A stretch of 64,000 nucleotides of DNA. Source: Felis catus (lineage: Eukaryota). The stretch spans positions 133,922,001 to 133,986,000 of the forward strand of contig NC_058368.1 in the NCBI RefSeq assembly GCF_018350175.1, written 5' to 3'. The first letter of the stretch is position 1. Each line of letters opens with the position of its first letter. Below are positions 47,546 through 60,874 of this stretch, one piece after another. The notes beneath the pieces were generated by a model. It was given only the letters and a program-made list of their open reading frames with translations, ran no database searches and was not told where the DNA came from. The position numbers and the translations under genes are program-made.

Positions 47546-49959
47546 GACCCAATTTGTGCAGAGATCTGGAAAGAGAAAGCAGATGGTGAGAAAAGGCTCT
47601 AGAAACTCATTTATTTCTACTGGCCAGTAACCAGGTCAGTTATTACGCTTTTATTCCACCACATTTCCATGCAGTTCATCCCTTGGGTCAGCCGCCACCC
47701 CATAGGTGACTCCATAAACCTGCCCACTTTCATGTCTGGGAGTCCCATGCCTTCACTTGCCTGTGTTTCCATTTGATTATAGCCTGGGGAGGGACTTGGG
47801 GTCCTGGGATACCTTGTTTGGGCCTTCAAGCCATTTCTTAGCAACAACCCATAAGATAATATACTTTCTTTCAAGGGTTTGCAAGCCCAGAGATGCTTTT
47901 GTGATCCAACTTTAGCAAAGAACTAGATGTTTAATTTCCATTGTGGCTTATGGACACCAGGTGGAGTACAACTGTCCTTTTCCATTTTTCTCTTGTACCT
48001 ATGTTTAGTTTTTGTTCTGCTTTTGGGTCATGCCTGCCCTTCCCCCTGGTTCCTCTCCCACCCCCAGATGGTTAAATCAACTTGCGTCTAAAATTCTACT
48101 TACATATGAATATTCTAATGCATTTTTATGATCAATTTTATCCTTTGTTGTTATGTTTCTCCATAGTTGTTTATTCATTTTACTAAACTATTAAGGCTTA
48201 GAGTGGCAAAGGCCTGGAGTAAAGTCCTCTTTAAGTCATCCCCACCTCTCTTCCAGGGTTTCCTGGGGTGCTGCCTTGTGGGCGCGTCAGAACAGAGTCC
48301 TCAGGGCTTCGTGTCATGCTCTACGCTGCTGCCTTTCAGTTGATGGCTCTTGTGAAGTCACCAGGCTAGCCAGAGCAAGCACTGCTGATGCTCTTTTCCC
48401 ACCTGGAGAGGAGACCTGACTCTCCTCACATTCTGCTTGAGTTCAAGCTCATTTGTGTTGCTGGTTTCACAATGCCACCCTTGATCTTACTGTTCCAGAA
48501 CTGCCTATTTCTGTGCACTGTTGTTGATGATGCTGTTGCCATCCTCACCACCACCAGTGACAAAGCAGACACAGTTATCCTCATATGGCCTGTGAAGCTG
48601 ACCTCCCGGGGCATCCCATCTCCTCCACAGAAACACCCCAGGCCTTCTTGGCTGCTATACTCAGAGGTAAAGGGGGAGTTCTTCTTGTCCAGTCCAGGGA
48701 CGGTTTGCATTTCCTGCCCCAGGGTTCACTCCTTTCTGAGATGACCGATAGCGGAAATATCCACCCCCTGGAATTACAACCACTTAAACTGATTTAAAGG
48801 TTATAACATTTTAAGTTTATAGCAGTTTAAAAACTGATGTTTTAAACTGGCATTTCCCCAAATCTATGTTTCGTTATTATCGGTGGTCATCTGGTTACAC
48901 ATGCAGTTCATGGTTCTGGAAATATGTGTAACATATTAGAATATTTGTCAAGTTTTAACTTCCAATTAACCGTAAGTTCAGTGCCATTTACTAAGTTTTC
49001 TTTTGTCTGGTGTGTTTTACAAAGGCATAAGTGTTAAAGGCATCCTTAGGGTTTTCCTCTCCAGCTTTAAATGAATATATTAACAGGCACTGGGATACAG
49101 GGACTAGAGAATAGGACTGGGAATTGGGATTCTGAGATAAACCCTTAACTCTGAAAGAAAGTGGTCTTAATAGTGGTACATTAACATCAGGCATTTAAAG
49201 CTAAAAATAAGCTTTAACATAATCTAATCCAACCCTGTCATTTTTTCTTTTAAATCTAAGATTGTAAAAGAACATGAGCGTGACATTCCCAAGAGTTGAG
49301 ATCATTCATATTATTGTTCAACCATTTACTTTTAGCCCTTCTGGAACATTTTTCACATCCTGTCTCTTGTCAGGCTTTTTACTATGAGCACCATATTAGA
49401 TTAAATTCCCATAGCCCTTTGCAGTGAAGCATTGGAGGAACAGATTTGCTGAATGAGAGGCGAGAGGCAATTTCTATAAATGGCAAGATGGCACCCTTTC
49501 CTCATTCTAGTGGACCCCAGAAAAGTCCTATTGGTACGAGGAGAAGCATTTGTTGAGGGCGGGATGGTGGTGGTTTGAGGGAAGCTTTTGTTCATTTCTC
49601 TGCACCATGTGCAACACTGACTTCCTCACGGAGTGGGATTAGCAGCAGATCAGAGTTCCGCAGCCTTGACGGGTTTCCATCTTTGGACTCGGCTACCTTT
49701 GTGACCTTCGACAAGTCTTTAGCCTTTCGGGGTCTCAGCTTCTTCTATAAAAGCAGCATGCTTGTGAAAAAAAGGCTAACTCATAAAGAACTATGAGGCA
49801 TCATTTATTATTTCCAGCTTAAGGCATGCGTGGGTGCCCACCTTGGTCCCTTGCCCCCATTCACGTCTCTGTTTCTAAGAAGCAGGTCCTCTGAAGGCAA
49901 AGTAAAGTGAGGGGCAAAACTAAAGAAGACTCCTTATAAAATATATGCAAGGAACCCTT

Positions 49960-50190
49960 ACTAGGAAGGTGCCGCCTACTCTTGTAAGCACTTGACATGC
50001 ATTATGTCAAAAAATCTTTGACACAACAACTTGTCAAAGAAGGTCCTGTTGTTATCCTAGATTTATGGGTGAGTAAACTGAGGCCAGAGTGGTTCAGGGA
50101 TACGCTCAAGGTCACAGGTCAGAATTTGGAGGATCCATACTCCTAATTGGCTCCGTGTGATGCCAGCGTCATGATCTTGCACCTCACCAC
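49960..50190 (-). mobile_element. MIR
   Basis: gagtaaactgaggccagag...ctcaaggtcacagg. Confidence 0.55.
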
Positions 50191-51347
50191 ACTGCCTTTC
50201 CAGAAATTCCCTTGCTTGTAACAGAAAGAATTCCAGAACCCCAGCCATGTGGCAGGAAATTTGCACAGTGTGTATGTCTCAGACAGTCAGGTTCCAATTC
50301 AAGCCCTCCTAGTTTGTTGTTGTGTGCAGGGATTCTCCTGACACTTATTTGACAACCACGTTTTCATAGGACGGAGAGTGTATTTGGAAGAGACGTCAGC
50401 CCTCGAAATTAAATCAGCTGGGCTAAAAGCAATCAAGATGCCATCTGGACACACTCTGACTTCCTGCCCAGAAGATAAAGACATCTGGACCTAGTAAATG
50501 CCAAGGACATGCTGACTTGGTCCCCAGGCCTGTGGGCAGCTCCTTGCTCCACACAGATGCATTTTCTTAATTGTGCAGAATCCACGGCTCTGAGCTACTG
50601 CTGGGGCTGCTGAAGGCTTGGTGCGGTCGACTACTAAGGGCTTCCCTGCTCACAACCAGTGACTACTTGGAGAGGCAGTGATTTCCACTGCTAAGGACAT
50701 GAATTGACTGCAAAGGCCACTGTAAATAGTCCTCTTTAATGATGGAGTGGGAGGTGACTGCCCCAGACCCAATCTATTGTTGTGATTAGGGCACATCACG
50801 GCTGCCGATTGGTAAGTAGGGCTGAGGGGAAATATTTATACAAAGAGGCTAATTAAGGGGGCTCCCCAGGTTTGCCTACCCGATCTATGCTTACTGCTGC
50901 CTCTTCCTGTGAGGGAGGCTGTCTCTAATCACATGAGGTCTTGAGCCATCAGCCTGCCTGTGGGTGCCCTGGGTGGAGGACAGAGAGGGCTTTGGGGAGG
51001 AACCGAAGAAATAGAAGTGAAAGGTTAAGATTCTGCACAGAGAGCTTTTCTTGTGGCAACATCTGAACACTTGCACATGTTTTTCAAGGGACGAATCTCA
51101 CACACCAGCTTCTATTTTAAAGCACAGCTTGACTCTCTCCAATAAATGCCCAAAGCTGCCGAATTTGGCAGGGCTGGGACAAACCTCTCCCCTTTTACTC
51201 CCCCAGAGAAGCAATATTGGCCCCAGTTAGACTCCCCAGTTAGACTCCAAATAGGTCTCTTTTAGGTCTTGCATAGATGGAACATATTGAAGATTGTTGG
51301 TTTTGGGGGAAAGATTTGCTAGTCTAGGACAGTTTACATTTGGGAAG

Positions 51348-51594
51348 CTTTTTATTTCTTTTTCTTTTAATGTTTATGTTCTTCATTTATTTTTTAATGT
51401 TTATTTATTTTTGAGACAGAGAGAGACAGAGCAAGAATGGGGGAGGGGGAGGGGGGGGAGACACAGAATCTGAAGCAGGCTCCAGGCTCTCAGTTGTCAG
51501 CACAGAGCCTGACATGGGCCTTGAACTCATGGTTCGTGAGTTCAAGGCCTGAGCCGAAGTCAGTTGCTTAACCTACTGAGCCACCCAGGTGCCC
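51348..51594 (-). mobile_element. CanSINE
   Basis: Long T-rich tail; ...ctgagccacccaggtgccc. Confidence 0.9.
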
Positions 51595-52494
51595 TGGGAG
51601 TTTTTCATTTCAAAATAATGAAAAATGTCGTGTTTCTAAGTGTTTACCAAGCTACTATTGGCTGTGACCTAAAAAAGAAGACAAAACCACACCCAGTAGT
51701 AGGAGAATATCAGTTCAGATAGAGAGTCGTCCAAGCCTTGTGTCTCTCTGGCCTCTGTAGTCAGGAGAAGGGCCTTGCGATTATTTTCTTACCTGTCTCC
51801 CACTTCATTTCTGTTGTACTCCCTTTCTGAAAATCTTTTTCTTGTGAGGTTTGTCAGTTTTGTTAGCATTCCGTTCTTGCTTCAATCATCTTTACCTCTA
51901 ACTTTTCTTCCTCTTGGATTTTATATTTCTTTTTATTTTTCAACCTCATCTTTACTTACGGCTTTTCATCATCCTAGCACCCCACGTAGCCCTAACTCTT
52001 AAGCCCTTACTCTTAAGACCTTTTTTTCCTGTGGGATCATCATGTTTCTTGGTGTCTGGAAGGCCGAGACAGCACCCGTTTGCTTTCTCTCCGTAGGCCC
52101 CATTCTTCCATGACCTTGCAGGGTTGCCCAGATGCCTGATCAGGTCAGCAGCCAGCACAGTGGAAAGGAAAGCCGCCTCACATCTCAGCTCTGAGCTTCC
52201 TCCACTTTTGAGGCTGGGACCCACTGGTCACCTGAGCCTGGCCAATGGGATGTGTGCCTGGTTGGAGATAAATCAAGGCATAGAGGGTCCTGAATACCTG
52301 AGAGGCACCATGCCCCACAGCCCTGACATTGACCAGCATGGTAGATGGTTCACCTCCAAGATGGTACAAATTCAGCTTTTGGCCTTTTCTTTTTCAAATG
52401 AGACACAAACATGAGGAGCCTGTGGGGAAGAAAATAAAAAGTCAAGATCTGGTCTTGGGATTTTCAACAAGAGAGAGAAAATCCATATTATATT

Positions 52495-52520
52495 TCTTCT
52501 GTTTATTTTTAATGTTTATT

Positions 52521-52564
<44 letters not shown>

Positions 52565-52732
52565 TGAGCGTGGGAGAGACAGAGAGAGAGAGGGAGGCAT
52601 AGAATCCGAAGCAGGCTCCAGGCTCTGAGTTGTCAGCCCAGACCCCCACATGGGGCTCGAACTCCCTGAAAGTGAGATCATGACCTGAGCCGAAGTCAGA
52701 TGCTTAACCAACTGAGCCACCCAGGCAACCCC
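52495..52732 (-). mobile_element. CanSINE with expanded (GA)n
   Basis: Long (GA)n tract in the linker; ...gagccacccaggcaacccc. Confidence 0.92.
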
Positions 52733-53819
52733 GTATTGTATTTCTGCATAAACATATATCGTGATCGGATCAGCCATAAATAAACATCAATGCTATACAA
52801 AAAAAATGTCTTCACATGGAGATACAATCAACAGTGGCCAACAATGAGAAAATTATGATAGCTTCTGTTTTAATATAGTCTTCCTCTTTGGAACACAATT
52901 CCTTCCTGTGGCAGTCTATTATTAACAATCAAACCAAAAAATAAAAAAATAAAAGAAGAAGAAGAAGAAAAAGAGGAAATTCTAAAACTTCCCCTTCACT
53001 TTCTAAATCGGTTTAATTCATTTTAAACGTATCATATCTACCAGGACAATTGAAATTGTTACACTGATAATATAGAGAGGTTTATTTGAACAAAGGACCC
53101 AGTTTATCCATGACTGCACTGCCCATTCCTTTAAACTGTAACCAAATCTAGTACGTTTTTTGATGACCTGATTTTTCAAAAATTAACAATACATGTGTCT
53201 GCTGTGTAAAGTGTAGCTGACTTGTAGCTTTGAAACATATGCCCATTAAGTATGCAAGAGCCAGCAATAAACCAAACAAATGATCAAAAAAATGTTTGCT
53301 TCATGAGTCAATAATGTCACAGCCACTGTTGGAATTATTGTAGAGCTATCCCAAGCTATGGTTTTCTAAGAAAGATATAGGGCCTGGGCAGGGGCAATGC
53401 AGTTTTGTAATGTCTGGAGAAGTCAGCTGTGATGTCACCATGTGTGCTGATATGAATGACTGAACTACCACCCCCATCAAGACCCAGGACAGGTTGTTCT
53501 GCACATGCTGGTTGAGCATCAGGCTGTTTTTCTGCAGGAGATGGAGGAGGAATCTGGATCCCTGATGAACTGGGTGCCTTCCAGGGCAGGAGGTGGCTCA
53601 TTCCCAATGTAGAAATCTACCAGGACAATAGCCTGACCATTGTTCACAGTTCCAGAATCGATGTACCTTTTGTTGGCTTGTCAATATTTTCTTTACACTT
53701 GCAACTGCAAAATTGGGATTGGAAATATTTTTGTTTTTCAGTTTTTTTTAAAGTTATGATTTAGAATGCTAACTCTTTATCCCTTTCATAAGGAAGTTTG
53801 AAGAAAAGTTACAGGAAAA

Positions 53820-54025
53820 TAGTAATAATATCTAGCACATAGTGTTTATTTTTGCCAGGTACTGGTTTAAGTGCTTTACAGATATTTTTTTTCCTTGAAT
53901 CTTCATGACTACTCTCTGAGTAGAGAGTGGGTAAAGAAACACAAGGAAGGTAAATAAATGGCTCAAGGTCATTCAGTGATGTGTATGAGACAGGGCTTGA
54001 ACCTAGGGAGTCTGGTGCCAGAGAT
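53820..54025 (-). mobile_element. MIR
   Basis: tgccaggtactggtttaagtgctttaca...ctcaaggtca...cttgaacctagggagtctggtgccaga. Confidence 0.65.
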
Positions 54026-54243
54026 AAAACAGGAGAAGTAAAGTGACAGGGAAATCTGAAGATGAGAAAAAAAGAAACAAACAAAAACCAAAAAACTGAG
54101 CCATTGAGTTTTCCTAATGCTTTATAGAAAGCTTTGAACTTTGTTCTCTAACGCTGCTCCCAAACCACTTGGAAAAATCTCTTAGGACAGGATCTGAACT
54201 GAGACCAGTGCCTCTAAGAACAGAGAGGGATCCAGCTTTCCAG

Positions 54244-54630
54244 TGAGGAATTGTATATGGAGAAGGATTGGGGTGACATTCGAAAGACTCTGCCTAGCCA
54301 CCCTGTCACCCCAGGACTTGGATCCACTGTCCCTTTGGGCTAGAAATGAAAAATGCCCATTTGATCATGGTCTCATGCTCAAGAGCAAGCAAGGGGGGGT
54401 GGACCCCAGCCCACTCCTCTGTGACCCCAGGTCAGCCTTGTTCCCTAGCCACTTTATTGTCCTGTGCTCTCCCAATCCCATGCTATCTCATTAAACAAAA
54501 GTCCCGTTGCTTAGGCTAACTCTTCACATCCTTCTGAACAACAGTGCCTGAGAGAAATGATCGGAGCCGTGCAAGAATTTTAGATTTTCTTGTAGCCTAC
54601 TGCAAGAGACCGAATGCTGGTGTCTCCTTA
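54244..54630 (+). mobile_element. Possible ERV-type LTR
   Basis: Starts TGAGGAATTGTATATGG, has ATTAAA near 54490 and ends ...gtctcctta. Family not identified. Confidence 0.35.
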
Positions 54631-54634
54631 AATT

Positions 54635-54925
54635 TATGACAGTATTTGTAGGTGGGGATTTTGAGAAGTAATTAGGTCATGAAGATGGATCCCTTGTGAA
54701 GTGATTTGTGTCATTCTAAGAGACACAAGTCAGATGATCTCTCTCTGCACCAAGTGAAAATAGCCTAAGAAGGTAGTCCTCTCCAAACCAGGAAGAGAGC
54801 CTTCACCAGACACTGCATCTGTCAGCCCCTTGATTTTAGAGTTCCCAGGCTCTGGAGTTGTGAGAAGTAAATGTTTGTTGTTTAACCAGTTAGTTGATGG
54901 TATTCTGTTATAGCAGACTAAGACA
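54635..54925 (+). mobile_element. MLT1-type MaLR LTR fragment
   Basis: gtaattaggtcatgaag...ccaggaagagagccttcaccagacactgcatctgtcagccccttgatttt...ggtattctgttatagcagactaagaca. Confidence 0.8.
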
Positions 54926-54929
54926 CCCA

Positions 54930-55365
54930 CGTTAAAAATTTTTTAAATGTAGGTGACATTAATTTTAATAATGTATTTTATTTAGTCTGACAAATCAAAA
55001 TATTAGAGTTCCATGCATCATATACATCCTTGTAGTCATTGTAAGATGATAATGAGGTACTTACCTTTTATTTTTCATAGTGTGTATTTTACACATATAC
55101 CACATCGCAATTTCACCGTACATTTTCATTTGAAATTCTTGGTCTGTATGTAGATTTCACAAAATTTATAGTTGAAAAGGGAGATTGACATACCCAACGT
55201 GTTCCAAGCATAGTTGAAAGCTTTTCAATAATTAAATAGAGTATGAGCTTTTGTATTTACATGAATTAAAGAAAATAAATATTACTTTCTCATTTGCACT
55301 AGTCACACTTCAAGTGCTCAAGAGATCCATGTGACTAGTGTCTACTGTATTGGACAGCATAGTTT
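54930..55365. mobile_element. MER3/MER33/Charlie-type hAT DNA transposon relic
   Basis: Terminal motif cacacttcaagtgctcaa...catgtgactagtgtctactgtattggacagcatag. Confidence 0.65.
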
Positions 55366-56075
55366 TAGAGGCTAGAGATACACAACACTAAATAACCATG
55401 GGTTCATCAGTTCACATTAAATACGACCTAATACCATCATTAGTTACTGTTCTTCTCTTCGCTGGCCGCGTTGGGCCAGCAAACGTGGAAACTTCTTGGA
55501 CAGGCCAGAAGTTTGGTTTTGGGCACCAGATGGTATCTCGTTAGTTCCTACATAGTATCCGGCTATTGGCAGTTATTTTGCAAATGTTAATCCTGCCACC
55601 TAGTGACCACTTTCTGAATGCCACGTGGAGATTACCGTGTAGAAAATTCCATGTTGACCTCTGCATTGGCGCCCCTTCTGACAGCTCTGAGACTTTGTCC
55701 TGCCTGGAGATATACCATGTGACACTGTGCAGTTTTGCCGCGACTTTAGTTGTGCCTGGAGAATGAAAGCTGAAATGTCATTTCATGTTAATTTCATGTC
55801 TTCTCTTCCCCCACAACAGTTTATAAAGTTCTTGGAGTACAGTGAACATGGCTCAGGAGCATCCTCTGTGCCAAGTATTGTGATGGAAGGAAATGACTGC
55901 TGTCCCCATAAGGGTTAGAGTCCTCACTCTCCTTTTGATTTTGTGTTATAGTTCCTCAATATTCTGTTTACTTATATGCCTCCCTTCTTCACTGAATTGT
56001 GAAATCTGTGAGGACCATGTCTTGCTTGTTTTATCCTTACTGCCTAGTTTGGTGTCTTTCTGACAGATGGCAGTT

Positions 56076-56105
56076 GGATGGATGGATGGATGGATGGTTG
56101 GATGG
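56076..56105. repeat. (GGAT)n tetranucleotide repeat
   Basis: ggatggatggatggatggatggttggatgg. Confidence 0.85.
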
Positions 56106-56323
56106 TATAGGTGTAAATTCACAGCCCTTTTCAGCGCTCTTACCAAATTTACCCAGTCGGGGTATTTTCCCTTTTCCACTCTCAGTATAAACTATGTTGT
56201 CTTTTTTCCCCTTTTCCTCAGCTTCCAGTCTCCCCTTTATTCCATTCTATGTTTAGCACATACTTAGCACATGACATTGTCTTGTGCATTCATTGCATTG
56301 AATTTTGAAAATACAAAGATGAT

Positions 56324-56558
56324 GGGGCGCCTGGGTGGCGCAGTCGGCTAAGTGTCCGACTTCAGCCAGGTCACGATCTCGCGGTCTGTGGGTTCGAGCC
56401 CCGCGTCAGGCTCTGGGCTGATGGCTCGGAGCCTGGAGCCTGTTTCCGATTCTGTGTCTCCCTCTCTCTCTGCCCCTCCCTCGTTCATGCTCTGTCTCTC
56501 TCTGTCCCAAAAATAAATAAACGTTGAAAAAAAATAATTTAAAAAAAATAAAAAAAAA
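56324..56558 (+). mobile_element. Young felid CanSINE with perfect 16-bp TSD
   Basis: TSD GAAAATACAAAGATGA at 56307-56322 and 56559-56574; CpG-rich body; long A tail. Confidence 0.96.
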
Positions 56559-56679
56559 GAAAATACAAAGATGAAGTTGGCAACTCCCTAACGTTTACTC
56601 ACCAAACTTTCAAAGCTACTTGCACCTGTGTATGATCCCCCTTGGACTCACTTCCAGGTATGGTCCGAAGCCCCTGGAC

Positions 56680-56840
56680 CATGCACTCGAATCACCTGGG
56701 AAGCACTGACAAAGACTGATGTCTGGGTCCCAGCTCAGGAAATCTGACATCATTTGTCTTGGGTGAAGGCTGGTTATCGAGATCTTAAAATTATCCCCAG
56801 GAAATCCTAAACGACAGCCCCGATTGAGACCTGCTTTCTG
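56680..56840. mobile_element. MER5A-like hAT-Charlie relic
   Basis: gaatcacctgggaagc...gatgtctgggtcccagc...ctgacatcatttgtcttgggtg...tccccaggaaatcctaa...ttgagacctgct. Confidence 0.7.
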
Positions 56841-57085
56841 CATGCTTCCCCTGTCAGCCGTGTCAGGCTTCAGCCAGCAACCGCACCCTCACTTGCATTT
56901 CCGATTTTTTCTATTCTATTGGCTCATTTTCTAAGTCACACACAATGCCCTACGCTCTGCTACTTAAGAACAAAAAAGTGCTCCCTGGATCCAATATTCC
57001 CAGCAGCTATCTACTCTATTTACTTTCCAAGCCAAGCACATTTCAAGAGTAAGTTGTCCACACAGGCTATTTCTGTCTTCACTCT

Positions 57086-57290
57086 TTTTTTTTTTTTTTA
57101 AGTTTATTCATTTATTTCTAGAGAGAGAGAGAATGAGTAGGAAAGGGGCAGAAAGAGGGGGGACAGAGGATCCAAAACATGCTTCTTGCTGACAGCAGAG
57201 AGTCTGATGTGGGGCTCAAACTCACAAACCCTGAGATCATGACTTGAGCTGAAGTTGGACACCTAACTGACTGAGCCACCCAGGCGCCCC
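57086..57290 (-). mobile_element. CanSINE
   Basis: Flanked by tcactctt on both sides; ...gagccacccaggcgcccc. Confidence 0.92.
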
Positions 57291-57487
57291 TCACTCTTAA
57301 TTTAAGTCTTCTCCATGCTGGGTTCTGCTCCCCAGTTGATAACAATGTAGTTCAAAAACACTCACCTCCCTTGACCTCCAAGACCCCATCGTCTCCTGTT
57401 TCTTTCTTAAGCTATCTTTCTTCCTGACCTCTCACTGTTTAGAGTTCCTCAGGATGTGGTGCTCAGCTGTCTTTCTTTTCACTCCAC

Positions 57488-57754
57488 TTTTCTTTTATTT
57501 CTTTTCTTTTCTTTTTTTTTCTTTTCTTTTCTTTTCTTGTCTTTTGTTTTATGAAAGAGACAGAGTGTGTGAGTGTGTGAGCTGGGAGAGGGGCAGAGGG
57601 AGAGAGAGAGAGAGAGAGAGAGAGGGAGAATCTTAAGCAGACTCCGTTCTTAGCACAGAGCCCAACATGGGTCCCATTTCTACAACCACAGGATCATGAC
57701 CAGAGCTGAAATCAAGAGTCAGATGCCCAAATGACTGAGCCATCTAGGCGCTCC
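57488..57754 (-). mobile_element. CanSINE (older) with (CTTTT)n tail
   Basis: ...gagagaatcttaagcagactcc...gactgagccatctaggcgctcc. Confidence 0.85.
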
Positions 57755-58194
57755 AATTCACTCCTTTTCTTAAGCTCTCCAGTCTCTGGGACCCCTGGGG
57801 TTTATACCTGCTCAGACCATTCCATCAGTTCCATACCTGCATGTCTCAATCCCAATTTGGCCTGCCTCTCCCTCAGGTGTGTGATAGGTCTCTCAGATTA
57901 CATATTCCCAACTGAATCTTTTCTTATAGTGGTTCCCATTGCATCAGTGTCCTGTGGCTTTTGTAACAAATCACTATGGTCAGATTGACTTAAAGCAGTA
58001 CGCATTTATAGTCTCACAATCCTGGAGGCCAGAAATCTAAAATCACTTTCACTGGGCTGAAATCAAGGTGTCAGTAAGAATGTATCTCCTCTGGATGTTT
58101 TAGAAGTGAATCTGTTTCTTGACCCTTTCAGTTTCTGGTGACTTGTAGCATTCCTTGGTGTATTCATGAGGGTTTTCCGGAGAAACAAAAGCAA

Positions 58195-58196
<2 letters not shown>

Positions 58197-58237
<41 letters not shown>

Positions 58238-58262
58238 GAGAGAGAGAGAGAGAGAGAGAGAG
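58197..58262. repeat. Compound (GT)n-(GA)n microsatellite
   Basis: Direct inspection. Confidence 0.9.
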
Positions 58263-58431
58263 GGCACAAGTCAGCAGGGCACAGAGATAGAGAGAGAGAG
58301 AAAGAAAGAGAAGTGGGGCTCACCTGAAGCAGGCTCAATCTCTCCCGATGAGCTCACTTGAACTCACGAACCATGAGATCATGACGTGAGCCAAAGTCAG
58401 ATGCTTAACTGACTGAGCCACCCAGGCGCCC
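58233..58431 (-). mobile_element. CanSINE inserted at a (GT)n inside the MLT2-like LTR
   Basis: ...gactgagccacccaggcgccc, flanked by tgtgtgt on both sides. Confidence 0.88.
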
Positions 58432-58891
58432 TGTGTGTAGTTTTATTATAAGGAACTGGCTTATGCAACTATGGTGGGTGAGAAGCTGCAAGATGTGTGA
58501 GCTAGAGACTCAAGAGGCCCTATGATGTAAGTTCCAAGTCTGAGGGCAGGAGAAGACAAATGTTTTAGTTCAATTACTCAGGCAGGAGAAATTCCCTCTT
58601 ACTATGTCTTTTTGTTCCATTCGAGTCTTCCCTTGATTGGCTGAGGCCCACCAAATTAGAGAGGCAGTCTGCTTTACTCATTCTTCCAATTAAAATATTA
58701 ATCTCATCCAGAAACACCCTCACTGACACACCCATAATGATGTTTGGCCAAATGTCTGGGCACCCTGTGCCTGGTCAAGGTGACGCATAAAATTAGCCAT
58801 CACAGTTGGCTTGTGACCCCATCACTCCAGTCTTCAAGGCCAGCATCTTTAGCTTCAAATCTCTCTCTGTTCCATTTTATTATTGCCTTCT

Positions 58892-58922
<31 letters not shown>

Positions 58923-59149
58923 CTTTTGATCTTATAAAGACACGTGTGTTATATGGATACATGTGATTACATGTGATTGCGCTTAGGGCCCACCCAGATA
59001 ACCCAGACTAATCTCCTGTTGTCAAGATCCTTAAATTATCATGCCTGCAAATATCCTTTTTTTCCAGATAAGATAGCATTTACAAGTTCCAGAGATTTGT
59101 ACATGGATATCTTTGGGGGGCCATTATTCAGCCTACTATACTACATTAG

Positions 59150-59835
59150 CAAAGGGCACGTTAATCCACTCGGTTTCTTAAACCAAAACTTTAGGACTTA
59201 ACCTTTGTCATAAATTCTCCCCAACACCATCTAATCCATTTACAACTCCTATTATGTTCTATTTTCTAAATAATCTTTAATCTGCTCAGCTCTTTCCATC
59301 TCCTCTGCCACCAACCCAATATAAAACGTAAAGTTTTTTCCTGACTATTTTAATGGCAGACTATATCAATTGTAATTGTGTGCATGTGCATAATTTCCAT
59401 TATTTATGAATTTTCATAAATTTTATAAATAACTCATGTGTGCAGTTATTTGCAGAGAATCTGTCAACAGTCACTGATTTATAAGTTCCATGAAGGCGGG
59501 AGCTTGTACATGTTTGTCCATCATTGAATTCTATTCTATTCTATTATATTCATTTAGTGTTTATTTTTGAGAGAGAGAGAGAGAGACAGCATAGGTAAGG
59601 GAGGGTCAGAAAGAGAGAGAGAGAGAGAGAGAGGATCTGAAATGGGCTCCATGATTACAGCAGAGAGCCCAGTGCAGGGTTTGAACTCACAAACTGTGAG
59701 ATCATGACCTGAACTGACGTCAGCCGCTTAACTGAGCCACCCTCCCTGTTCATCATTATATTTTAGACTCTAGCATAGTGTGTGGTATAGATCAAGTGCT
59801 CAGTAAATACTTATCACATGTGTGAATGAATGGAT
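59150..59835 (+). mobile_element. L2 3' fragment (interrupted by a SINE)
   Basis: aagttccatgaaggcggg...tagcatagtgtgtggtatag...gtgctcagtaaatactt...tgaatgaatg. Confidence 0.6.
59553..59744 (-). mobile_element. CanSINE
   Basis: tttatttttgagagagag...gcttaactgagccacc. Confidence 0.87.
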
Positions 59836-60552
59836 GCCACATTTTCTGCCATGGAGGAGCTCTGAATCCAGCAAAGGAGCCATTCAATGGCTCTTGACCT
59901 AAATGAATGTATTTGTTTGTTCAGATTATTTGTATCGAGAGCCCTCTATATGCCAGACAATCCAGAAAGAATCCACAAGTTAACAAATTATGTAAAACTC
60001 CTTGTGCCCATGGAACTTTGCATTTTAGTGTGGGGAAAGACAGATAGGAAGTGTAATAAACATATAATAAATGCATTCGATATATGTAAATGTGCTCATA
60101 TATAACATTAGAAAGTGATAAATGATAAGAAAATAAATAGAGCAGCTTAAGGGGGATTTGCATGCCCTTGCAATTTTACAAGGGGTAGAGCTTCATGAGA
60201 AGTTGATATTTGAGAAAAGGCCTCTCAAGGACCTGAAGGAATGAGTCATGAATATATCTGGGGCAACAGCTTCCCAGACGGAACTGCATTTGAGGAGGTC
60301 TCTGAGGCAGGAGTGGTCCTGGTTAGTTCTGGGTGGGGGAGGAGGCCAGTGTGGCTGTGCTGAGTGAGTGCAGCTGAGAGGAGACGGAGGTGAGGGCAAC
60401 TGCTATGGGGACCACACTACATGGGACCTTGTAAAACCATGGAAGGACTTCAGGTTTTCCTCTGAGTGCAAAGGGAGCTATCACAGGATGTCCAGCAGAG
60501 AAGGGACACTTGCATTTGACTGACATTTTGTTTATTCTTGCTACTCAAATAT

Positions 60553-60874
60553 TTATTTTTTTTCTTTGTGTTTTTATTTAAATTCCAGTTAGTTAACAGA
60601 CAGCGTAATAGGGGCTCCTGGGTGGCTCAGTTGGTTAAGCGTCCAACTCTTGATTTCGGCTCAGGTAATGATCTCATGGTTCCTGAGATCGAGTCGCATG
60701 TTGAGCTTTGTGCTGACAGCATGGAGCCTGTTTGGGATTCTCTCTCTCTCTCCCTTTATCTCTGTCCCTCCCTCACTCACTCTCGCTCTCTCTCTCTCAC
60801 ACACACAATAAATAAACTTAAAAAAATCCATACAGTGTAGTGTTTCAGGTGTAGAATTTAGTGATTCATCACTT
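60553..60874 (-). mobile_element. Short carnivore L1 3'-end fragment, split by a SINE
   Basis: ttccagttagttaaca...tacagtgtagtgtttcaggtgtagaatttagtgattcatcactta resembles the recalled carnivore L1 3' UTR end. Confidence 0.6.
60611..60826 (+). mobile_element. CanSINE inserted in a short L1 3'-end fragment
   Basis: ggggctcctgggtggctcagttggttaagcgtcc...aataaataaactt. Confidence 0.92.

Larger units (their letters stand above)
58159..58804 (-). mobile_element. MLT2-like (ERV-L) solo LTR
   Basis: Ends tgtattcatgagggttttcc... and ...gacgcataaaattagccatcaca (TG...CA); 5-bp TSD cttgg / gttgg. Confidence 0.8.
57945..59142 (-). mobile_element. MLT1-type MaLR LTR split by an MLT2-like insertion
   Basis: Left half (cctggaggccagaaatctaaaatc...gcattccttgg) and right half (cttgtgaccccatcactcc...gggcccacccagataacccag...ggggccattattcagcctacta) are contiguous once 58159-58809 is removed. 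Confidence 0.8.
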
